In this document: positions 23,461 to 33,499 of the stretch, in pieces
Layout: every line of letters begins with the position of its first letter
Numbering within the stretch: position 1 is the stretch's first letter
Assembly: GCF_963921235.1 (NCBI RefSeq)
Contig: NC_086106.1
Location: forward strand, 18,600,001 to 18,664,000
Length of the DNA stretch: 64,000 bases
Direction of reading: 5' to 3'
Source of the DNA: Mobula hypostoma
Taxonomy: Eukaryota
Notes under the pieces: generated by a model
Seen by the model: only the letters and a program-made list of their open reading frames with translations
What the model was told of the DNA's origin: nothing
The model's database searches: none
Position numbers and translations under genes: made by a program

Positions 23461-24066
23461 CTGGAAATGGAAGATTCATAGATCTGTACATAACATCCTA
23501 TTGGGATGGGGTTGTGTCAGCCATGATAAATGCATGTTGTCTCTGAACCTGGCTGAGGATCTGAGGACACAAGGTCACAACATTCACTCGAGGATTGGGC
23601 ATTAATTCAAAAATAATCCAGGTACCTACATTTCAGTGAGCGGACAATCAACAGGAGAGTCTCTCAGGAAACACTGGAAACAGACTCTTGAGACTGAAGC
23701 AAATACAAAATATGCAGAGATATTTTTTGAGGAACTAACACTAAGCAGACAGTGAAAAGGGAACAGGGAGATTTTCTCCAGATGGTAAAGCATGGGACGT
23801 GAGCTTTGCTCAGTAACTTATTTTCATTATAACTACAAACAAAGACAACTAAAATTATTGAGACAGAATGGACAGGTGACCTGATCTTACACCTTTCCTG
23901 CCCAGTAGATGGGGTTAAAGCTGCTGGTGATCTGAACTGATTCAAAGTGCAAAGATCAGCTGTACATCACTCAACAAGATTGACAGTAGGGACAGGAATT
24001 TGTGGGAGTGTCAGTTAATTAGTTTAGTGCTGTAAGATAATAAATTTTTCTTCAGCCATCACTCAC

Positions 24067-24366
24067 CCCCTTCATACATCATGTTGACCTGCCCACTGAA
24101 ACCGGAAGGTGTGTGATTCACTTCACAAGTATATTTCTGTTTCTTGGTCCATTCCTGCACAGGCACTGTCAGGTAAGAGATTGTTTCAAATCCACCATCA
24201 GATCTCGGAGTGGAAGGGAGAATGATGCCTTTTTGGGCAGATCCAGCTTTTTTCCAGGATACTTTAACGTTGTCAGGAGCGAATCCAGATATCACACAGC
24301 CCAGAACAGCATTTGCTTGACTGTGGATTGCCTCCCGGGATGGAACAAGGGAGCTGAGCTTCGGAG
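24067..24366 (-). CDS. IgW: IgW constant exon C2
   Basis: gttacag|CT CCG ... GAA GGG G|gtgagt; 300 nt; SPKLSSLVPS...LGCVISGFAPD...W...YTCEVNH. Confidence 0.93.
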
Positions 24367-25248
24367 CTGTAACACATTTAATATCTGTCAGTACATGATT
24401 GCTTTACCCATGTTTTGGACTTCATTCCCCCTCATCCCGGGCAAGTTCCCCAATTCCAGCCCTCTCAAGAATGATGTTAATTTACAGCTGATCTGATGAT
24501 CTGATGGCTCACACCAGTGAGTGGGAGGGCTGGGTGTATAACTTGGGCCTCCCAGCAGTGTGTCCCACTGTGCTATGATAATGCAGAGAGGTGGGTCATG
24601 GGGTTGAGGTGCAGACCTGCCATGATCTAATTGTTTAATGGAGAATGACTGATACCAGCTCCTGTGAGCAGGAGTACATGGTGTGGGACTGTTTCCACTG
24701 ACAAGTTTGGGAAACACAATTTTACTTTCAATGAGAAAGAAGAACAGATGGACAGGAAGAAATTATTTTGTTGTAACGGCAAAGGCTTGTTCAGATCTGT
24801 GAGAAAGTTGTTAAACAAGGGCAGTAGAGTGGATTCCTTCATCACATTCACAAGGGATTGTTTTTACCAGAAGAGGGGGAAGCTGCAGGGTGGGGGGGGA
24901 AAGTGCAGGAGGAGTGGGGTAAAGTTTAAATTGTTGTTCTGTGTGCAGGGGCACGATGGGCCAGCGGTCTCTGTATGTGTACAGGAGCTGATCTGTAGGG
25001 AGTGTTTAGTGGGAGGGGGTGGTGGAGAGGCTCCTGAAATTAGCCAATGGAGCGGATACAATGGAGGCCGATCCTAATACTGAGTTTCACTGCCCATATT
25101 GACTTTTATACATTTTCTCGCTGCTGTTGTAAGAGCAGAAGAAAGGAGTTAGTTGCCATGCTCCTGCATTATCTGACAAAGCTTCCTGCTCCAGTTTTAT
25201 GCTCTGACATCAGTGCAACTTTAAATATAAATTATTTCTGATACTAAC

Positions 25249-25548
25249 ATTGAGGTTGAGGTTTCTGCCACTGCGATGTCACACTCCCTGCCTTGCAGGA
25301 GTAGACTTTATTCTTCTTCCAGTCCACCGCAGAGACTTCGAGCAAGCTGGACATCGTGTACTTTGAATTTTTCCCCAACACCGCTGGGTATTTCTTGATT
25401 CCAGTGGTGATGACCCCACTGTTAGTGGACCATGTCTGACTGATGCTCTCAGGCTGATAGTCCTTGACCAGACAGAGGAGGCTGATCTTTTGGTCAGATT
25501 CTGTGTTGCAGGAAGGAGTGATGTAGACTGATGGCAATGACTTGACCT
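25249..25548 (-). CDS. IgW: IgW constant exon C1
   Basis: tttcag|AG GTC ... CAA T|gttagt; 300 nt; [14 protein letters not shown] (candidate light-chain-bonding Cys)...[11 protein letters not shown]...W...YSCKAG. Confidence 0.92.
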
Positions 25549-28500
25549 CTGAAATGGAAAGAAAATCACAGATGGTTCTCTGAATAAATGCATTACTGGT
25601 AGAGAAAGGAGATGTAATATAAAGCAGTAATTTTTAAAATTATTCACCCGATTGTACAAAGCCGATATCACTTTTAACACTCAGCTGTGAGTCTGTGTCG
25701 CTGAGGCAGGAGGGTGTGGATCAATCCCACAGTGGCAACTTGGACTCACAATCCAGGCCAACACTCCAGTGCAGGACTCAGGCAGGGACCCAATGTCCGA
25801 TCGGTGGGATTTCAGTCAAATACCAAAGTGACAATCTGTCTCTCATCCAAATACAATTCCTGATTCTGAGAAGTCTGTTAGCACTTGATCAACGAAGTTT
25901 ACAAAAAAAGTAAGATTTAGAAGTAACTTATTGGAATAATTCTGACGTGTTCAGTGTTGCTGGTGATGAGAGGAGTGAGTGGTGTGGATATAGTGGTACC
26001 AAGTCTCCAGCACCATGTGTGCAATATAGTGGAGGTTGGGAAATGGACTCTGCTTCTGAAATTAAACTCAACAGACTACATGATGCAGCTGACACTGCCT
26101 CACATATTTACCGTGTGTGACTGAGCAAGAATTACAACCCCACTGAGTCTGTGGAAACTTCTGGCTAACCGGGAGGGAATGGTAACTTGCATCAGAAAGG
26201 ACAGAGGAACTGTGGAAATACATTAGCCCAGACTCTGTGGAGAAGTGTTGGCTAACACAACCGACAGTGACGATGAGACTCCTGGGCAGATGCAGAAATC
26301 TCAAAATGTCATTAGATGTAGGTGATATTCTTAGTGAAAAACCAGCCCAGAGAGTCCAGTGAGGAAATGCAGGTTGTGGCAATTCCCAAACACTTAACAT
26401 GCAAAATACACTTGAAAGCACTGGTTCCCAATTCATTTCACTAGAAAAGGAGAAGTGTTGACTTACCACGGTAAGTAAAAGTGTGAAGATCAATTAACTA
26501 ATTGACCAATTGACAGTTTTGACAGGTGGATACGTTGAGGGGATGTGGTTTGACCAGTTGTCAGAATTACCTTGAACAGTGTTGCGTCATGATTGACACT
26601 GTCAATGACAGATTGTTACTGGTGGATGAGGTTAAAATCACCCAAAAAGACTGTGTGGACACAGCAGAACATGCAGGAAGTCTGGGAGTAGGACACTCGT
26701 GGGAGAGTATGTGTCAGACAGTGTGAATTGCAGTAGATGAGGGCTTTGTTATCCAACAGTAAGATGGTCAACTGACACACACACAGGTTTCAGATTGATT
26801 CTGGTATCGGCAGGGCAGCAAACTCAACATTTGGAGTGGAAGTGGAGTGGTCACAATTTCAATCAGGAGCAAAATAATGAAATTTTCACCTCACAGTCAT
26901 CACTCTGGGATGAAGGGCATAAAATATTGAAATCTGGGTTTCAAACAGAATAAATATAAATCAATAAATATAACAAGTAAATAGGAATCGATATAATGTA
27001 ACTGGTCAGTAATGACAGCTGCATTGTTTTGAAACATTTCCAGGTGACACTGGGGACTGTGAACTCAGAACATTTGCCTTCCTGAGCAAACACAGGTGAT
27101 TCAGGTTGACAGGACAGGCAGGGCAGAGAAATGGTCCCTTTCTCATTCCTTTCAGACTGAGCCTGAAACAACCAGTGAAATGCTGACAACAGACTCCCCA
27201 TCGGGGACACAACTTCTGTCAAACAGCGGGACAAGCCGACCCGTGCTGTGGGTGAAGTGTCACAGGAGAGAAAGTACAGGGCACGGTGCCAACTGGCCCA
27301 TGTCCACACAGACCGGGCTGAATGGTGCTGGTTTAACCTGCTGGGACTCTCCCCACACTCCTACACAGGGAAAGCTGCAACCTTACTGGGCCTCTGGATT
27401 CTGAAGACCTGGGGTGAGATGTATCGAGGCCTCAGCATCAAGTAGCCTCAGACACAAAGTAAACAAGGGGTGGAGGCTGTCTTGTGTCAAAGCTGTCATG
27501 TAATTAACAGGTTTTAAACATCTTGGAGACATTGAGGTAAATTTCTGTAGAACAGATAATTTCTTTTATTTAAAATAATAAATCTATATGACATTTAAAA
27601 CACAGAAATAACTCGTAACTAATTACTTTCCCGACAGCTGAGAATCCTCAGTCATTTGGATGGGAGCTGTGATCCTTGCCAGGTCCGGCCTGTGAGGGAA
27701 TTGTTGAGGTGGATTTCCCAGTGTTACCCTGGGGAGTCCAACAGGGTCCAGTACCACGTGTTAGAGTGTGGTGACAGCTCTGGTGGCATCTGTCACTCAG
27801 TAAATCCCGGGGTACAGTGGTCTGTGGAACTGTGAGACTGACTCCAGTGTAAGTGACTGAACACTGGTGATTCCCTTTGGAATTGCCAGTCACAGCCAGC
27901 ACCATTTCATCCACACCATCCTCAGCCTCCCGGATTCACAGGGATGGGCTGGTCAGCTGTGGTATGAGGAACCTCACTGCTCTTTATCAATGTTCACTCC
28001 TGACAACTGGGGAATTACTGAGCCAAAGACCTGTGACCATTTGGACGACCTACAACCAAATAGCATCTGTCTATTCATCTACTGCACAATCAAGATTCAG
28101 ATGAGGAGTTCCCAGTGGTGTGGAGTTTTAGGAATTGTAGGGTAAAAGAGACCATTCCCTTCCAACATCACCCAAACAGACTAGATTGTCATGTTGTAGT
28201 TCAGATTGTGGGAACAAGATGCAGAGAAGTTGGATGTTTAGTCCCCCCATATGAAGTGACACACTGCAGAAGTACTTGCTGGGTTGGGAAAGGCTCTGGG
28301 ATGTTCTGGGGTTGCAGAAGTCAGTGAAAAACAAATTGTTTTCATCAAAATAAATTCAGTAAAATAAAACTGGAAACAGTGTAGTGGCCAGAAATCAGAC
28401 TGACAGAGTTTGGTGAAGGATCACTGATGTGAAACATTAACTCTGTTTCTCACCCACAGATGTTCCCTGAGCTGCTCAGTGTTGGCAGTGCAGGAGGCAC

Positions 28501-28633
28501 AATAATGTCAGCCGGTGAGATTTGCAGCTGAGGATCTTTTACATCCCGGGACCAGCAGGTGGTAAGTACAGTTCTGTCTGGATCAGTGTTCCTCTGGGTC
28601 TTTATAAAAACACCCTTCAAACTGACAGCAGGA

Positions 28634-28748
28634 TGCTGGTGTGAAGAGGGAAACTGGATCTGGGTGGGTCACAGTGTGCTGGTGTGAAGAGGGAAACTGG
28701 ATCTGATCCAGGTGGGTCACAGGGTGCTGGCATGAAGAGGGGAACTAC
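28634..28748. repeat. Short tandem repeat, ~2.5 copies of a 43-48 bp unit
   Basis: tgctggtgtgaagagggaaactggatctg...ggtgggtcacag repeated. Confidence 0.8.
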
Positions 28749-29075
28749 ATTTGGGTAGAGGGCATTTGGAGACAAACACATTGATGGGTCAGGAGTCATA
28801 AATAGGCTCGAAAGGTAAGGATGAAGAATCTCCTTCTCTGAGGGACATCAGTAAAACTGGAGGGTCATCATTACTAATGATTAGATTTAAAAACAATACC
28901 AATTGTTAAGATGTTGGAAATCTGACCACAGATCCAAATCTGTTGCAGATTATTATGAACTGAGTTTAAATTTGTCAGTTTTGTTGTGGTGGTATCCGTG
29001 GACTGTTCATCCATCCCTCTGCACTACTCATCTGCTTTGATGTACTCTCGAGGAAATCTGCAGATGCTGGAATTT

Positions 29076-29234
29076 CAAGCAACACACATAAAAGTTGCTG
29101 GTGAATGCAGCAGGCCAGGCAGCATCTATTGGAAGAAGTACAGTCCTGATGAAGGGTCTCGGCCCGAAACGTCGACTTCCAGTAGATGCTGCCTGGCCTG
29201 CTAAGTTCACCAGCAACTTTTATGTGTGTTGCTT
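29076..29234. mobile_element. Hairpin formed by inverted Penelope-like termini
   Basis: agcaacacacataaaagttgctggtgaa..gcaggccaggcagcatcta and its reverse complement flank a ~55-bp core. Confidence 0.7.
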
Positions 29235-29619
29235 TGATGTACTGCTCTGTTTCCCATCACTCTGAATCCAGTCTTGTGCCTGTCCATTGGATCACTGTGT
29301 CCACAGTGTCCTGGACAATATTTCTCCTTCAGTAACATCACCAGAACAGACTGTCTGATCGTTCTCGCCTTGCAGTTTGTGGATTCTGCTGTGTGCAGAG
29401 TGGCTTCATATTCCTGACTCTACAACAGGGCTGTACTTTGAAACTACTTCATTGCCTGTGAAGAGCTCAGGGACACCATGAAAGGTGCTCTGTAAATGTC
29501 ATCACTTTATCTCACAACCACTTTTACTGAATCACCAGCAACACTGGTTAATGCAGGAAAGCGCTTGTTAAACAAACCCAGTCGGGGGATGGAGGAGGAC
29601 AAGAAATTAGAGCAGTTGC

Positions 29620-30830
29620 TCACAAACTAGAAAATTTGCAGCTGCTGGAAATCCAAACAACACACACAGAATGCTGGAGGAACTCAGCAGGCCAGGCAGC
29701 ATCCATGGAAAACTGTACAGTCAATGTTTCACACCAAGACCCTTCATCAGGACTGGAGAAAAAAGATGAGGTCAGAGGACGAAGATGGGGAAGGGACAAG
29801 AGGAAGAACCACACGGTGATCGGTGGAACCAGGAGGGGGGAGGATGTGAAGTAAAGAGCTGGGAAGTCATTTGGTGAAGAAGAGGAAGGGCTGGAGAATG
29901 GGGAATCTGATAGGTGAGGACAGAAGGTGATGGAAGAAAGGGAAGGAGGAGTACCAGATGGAGGTGATGGGCAGATAAGGAGATAAAGAAGAGAGGAAAT
30001 GAGATTGGGAAATGGTGAAGGGGGGTGGGCATTATCAGATGTTTGAGAAATCGATGCTCATACCATCGGGTTGGAGACTACCCTGATGGAATATAAGGGT
30101 GTTGCTGCACCAACCTGAGCGTGTCTTCATTGTGGCAGTAGAGCAGTCCATGGATTGACATGTTGGAAAGGGATGGGAAGTGGAATTAAAAGGGTGGCCA
30201 CTGGGAGATCATGCTTTTTCTGTTGGACGGAACGTAGGTGCTCGGCGAAGCACCTGGAAGGACTGTTTAGGGCCTCGAATAGTAGTGAGGGAGCAGGTGT
30301 AGTGGCAGGTGCCGTAGTTGTTCCACTTGCAAGGATAAGTGCCAGGAGGGAGATCAGTTGGGAGGGATGAATGGACAAGGGAGTTGCGTTGGAAGTGAAC
30401 CCTGCAGAAAGCAGAAAGTGGGGAGTGGGGGGTGTAGAGGGAAAGGTGTGCTTGGTGTTGGGATCCCCCTGCAGATGCAGAAGGTGCAAAGAATTATGTA
30501 CTGGACAGGGAGGCTGGTGGGGTGGCAGGTGAGGACAAGAGGAACCCTATCCCTGGTGGGGTGGTGGGAGGACGAAGTGAAAGCAGACGTGTGTGAAATG
30601 GAAGAGATGCGGTTGAGGGCAGTGTAGCTGGTGGAAGAAGGGAAGCCGCTTTCATTGAAGAAGGAGAACATCTCCTTAGTTCTGGAATGAAAAGCCTCAT
30701 CCTGAGAGCAGATGCAACGTAGACAGATGAATTGAGAGAAGGGGATGGCATTTTTATAAGAAACAGGGTGGGAAGAGATTTAATTCAGGTAGACATGAGA
30801 GCCAGTGGGTTCATAAAAAACATCAGTAGA
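29620..30830 (-). mobile_element. Penelope-like element fragment
   Basis: ORF 30127-30489 includes CFAEHLRSV...DLPVAT (GIY-YIG-like C-terminus); characteristic terminal motif at ~29650. Confidence 0.65.
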
Positions 30831-32204
30831 TAATCTGTCTCCAGAACTCAGGGTGTGAACTGAGAATAAGCAGCTCATTAGAACAGTAAAGCTCAACTCA
30901 TGTCCCATGAGTGTGTGATGGGACAGGTTGGGGGAAGCTTCACTCTGTGTCTAATCTCTGCTGCCCCTGCCCTGGGAGGGATGGAACAGTGCAGAAGGAT
31001 ATTTATGTCTAATCCATGGCTGCCAGCACACGACATGGGATCTGTAATCTGCATCTAACTCATGCTCTGTGTACTCTGGGGTGCTTGATGGAATCCCTTT
31101 GAGGAAAAAATTCCCAGATTTACAAGATAAATACTGAATCCATTGAATGACAGAGCAGAGAGTGAGGCCATTCATCTGACAGTGTCTGTGCTTCCCTTTA
31201 GCTGAGCAAACCTAATAAACCCATTGGTCTCTCTGCTCTTCCCTGTATCCCGACAAAAGGCGGATCTCCTCCTGTTCCCTCTCTATACTCACTATTGGCC
31301 AATACCATCATTCAGGCAGTGTGTTCCAGATCACAAACGTTCATCAACAAACCTTCCCTTAAATGCTCCCCTATTACACATTATTGACTTGAACGCTTCC
31401 CTCCCCACCCCACCTGCACCACTCCCCACTCCCCCACCCACCAATGCAAGGCTGCCCGGAATGTGTGAAGAAATTGTGATTTCAATTCCCTGCCTTACCT
31501 TTCCTGCACCAATTCCTCACTGCCTTCCCAACTCCAAAATTCGCCCCCTCCTCATCCATCAGGGAATAAAACTGAAACCTTAATCCCATCAATTAATCCT
31601 GGGATATCGCCGATACTTTTGCTGTATCCCGGGACGGACCTCACGCCGGACATTACATGATGGGACTGACATCCACCTGTATCCTGGGGATATTGAGCCA
31701 TCAACCAGATCATACATGTGTACACCATTCCCTCAGATTATGTCTGAATTCCATTACCTTCAACATGAAAGCAGCCGACAGTAAAACCCGATCCCAATAA
31801 CTAGACACTGAACAGATCCATTGTCGTCACTGACAGGGAACAAGTTCAACTGCACTGAAACGCTCAGCCCCTGAACGTGACTTCAGTTGGTGCTGAGGAT
31901 CAGAAGCCAGACTTGAACCAAACACTGAGCTCACTCAGCACAATCGGCCGGTGTCAAGACACAGTCTGGTGACAAGATCCGACCCCATTCCCCTGAGCCT
32001 GTTCCCGGTCTGTGGACAGTTCACTGGTGGGTGGGGTGTGTACCCTTGTACTGTTACTGGGCTCCAGAGAAACCCGCCGGTTCGGGGAGATTCCTGTACT
32101 TTCTCTAAATATCTCACTGATTTCAGGTGAATCACCGAATTCACCAGAACCGTAAATAAATAAAATACTAGCGCGTGAAGATACAATTGAGAAGTTGGTC
32201 TTAC

Positions 32205-32252
32205 CTGAAGTCACTGTCAGCGAGGTTCCTCCACCCCAGTAGTCAAGATCGT
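32205..32252 (-). CDS. JH segment
   Basis: DLDYWGGGTSLTVTS (WGxG motif); donor TCAG|gtaag. Confidence 0.95.
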
Positions 32253-32291
32253 CACAGTGCTCCGTCTCCCCATTCACCCAGTGCGGTAACT
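32253..32291 (-). other. JH recombination signal (23-bp spacer); perfect heptamer, degenerate nonamer
   Basis: CACAGTG at 32253-32259, 23-bp spacer, then GCGGTAACT (4/9 match to ACAAAAACC). Confidence 0.75.
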
Positions 32292-32633
32292 TCACTTGCC
32301 CGTCACATCCAATAATCTCAGCAAAATGTCAACATGATCCCTGTCCGGACCGGGAGCCACCTCTTCCTGGATTTCCATCCCAAACTCCGTCCTTGTCTCT
32401 TGTTGGTGTGTGAATAAAGGCATTTTTACAATTTTCCCGTCTGTGGACAACGGCTCCCGCCGGCTCCCGCCATCTCCGGGAATCAGAGTCGAATCCTTTT
32501 GGGCTTTTAATTGTCCAGAAATGGACATTTGCGCCCAGCAGTCCGGGTGAGGCTTCTGGGATTTGACTCTGGGAAGCAGCAATGCGGAATCCGAGGAGAC
32601 AGACTGCGCTGCAGACGCTCCTTTGTGGGGACC

Positions 32634-32661
32634 AGTTTCTGTTCAGCTCCCCATCAGCGTG
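32634..32661 (-). other. 12-bp-spacer RSS directly 3' of the V-D segment
   Basis: CACGCTG - ATGGGGAGCTGA (12 nt) - ACAGAAACT. Confidence 0.85.
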
Positions 32662-32967
32662 GTCCATAGTATCTCGCACAGTAATAGGTGGCCGTGTCGT
32701 CCAGTCTCAGGTTGTTCATTTGCAGATAGACGGTGCTGCTGCCCTTGAAAACCTCGAATCGGCTCTGGACTCCAGTCGCGTAATTTTTGCTACCACCACC
32801 CCATACAACGGCCAGCCACTCCAGCCCTTTCCCGGGGACCTGTTTCACCCAGTACATGGCATTGCCGCTGAGGCTGAACCCACTGACCGCACAGGTCAGT
32901 CTGTGGGACTGTCCGGGATTTACCACCGCTGACTCGGGCTGTGTCAGTACGACGGCGGACCGCACGC
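32662..32967 (-). CDS. VH exon fused to a D-like segment (VD)
   Basis: attgacag|GC GTG; AVVLTQPES...LTCAVSGFSLSGNAMYWVKQVPGKGLEWL...DTATYYCAR plus YYG; canonical Cys, Trp, Cys; CDR2 present, so not IgNAR. Confidence 0.95.
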
Positions 32968-33075
32968 CTGTCAATAAAAAAGAGCAGAAATTAATAAAAT
33001 GTTCCACCGTCAGAGGTTCACAAAGCCTCCGAGAACAGCCGGTCCAGGTTGGGCGACAAGCCGCGGGACACCCAC

Positions 33076-33121
33076 CTGCCAGACAAGACAGGAGGAGACA
33101 GAGATAAGGAACGACCCCCAT
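33076..33121 (-). CDS. VH leader exon
   Basis: MGVVPYLCLLLSCLA(G); 46 nt; donor GCAG|gtggg; 108-nt intron. Confidence 0.9.
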
Positions 33122-33499
33122 CGCCCTGAACACTGAGCCGGACTTGGACACTTTTGAGATCGGCGACAGCAGCTCAGGCCGGCTTTGTCCGGAGCCGCAG
33201 TGAGCGCTGTTTAGATAGGAACGTGGGCTGTGAGTGAGAGAGGGAGCCGCGGTTTGAACAGGCTCTCACACACTGAAACCAGAGGCGCAGCTTCCTGTCC
33301 CCACCCACAGCAGCGATTTCAATTCCCCAAAAGATGTTTGTCCCTGCAATAGGCGGCAGGTCAGCGGCAGTGACCAGATCCGGATTAAAGATCTGTCACA
33401 CTCTGCTCGATTCATCAATTTCAGCGATGAACAGTTTGTGTAAACTGAAACACACAGAATCCCAGCGAGAGAGAGAGATTGAGAGACATAAGCTCCCGG

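Larger units (their letters stand above)
32250..33400. promoter_or_regulatory. CpG island over promoter, leader, VD and J
   Basis: Hand count of ~37 CpG in 32641-33240 at roughly 55-60% GC, vs ~5-6 per 300 nt in C1 and C2. Confidence 0.7.

Noticed and set aside
26068-26493. 141-aa ORF in the J-C intron
   Set aside because: No recognisable domain or Ig motif; non-ATG start.
27648-27990. Faint Ig-like words (LTSP..NPGG, VSLTVP) suggesting a relic V or C exon
   Set aside because: No consistent frame, Cys/Trp spacing, RSS or splice sites; would need a profile search.
2430-33121. IgNAR or IgM identity
   Set aside because: V has a full CDR2 and VH framework, C1 has a light-chain-type Cys, and both the Cys-rich short tail and the VLTDSFKSC tailpiece fit IgW; more than four C types exclude IgM.
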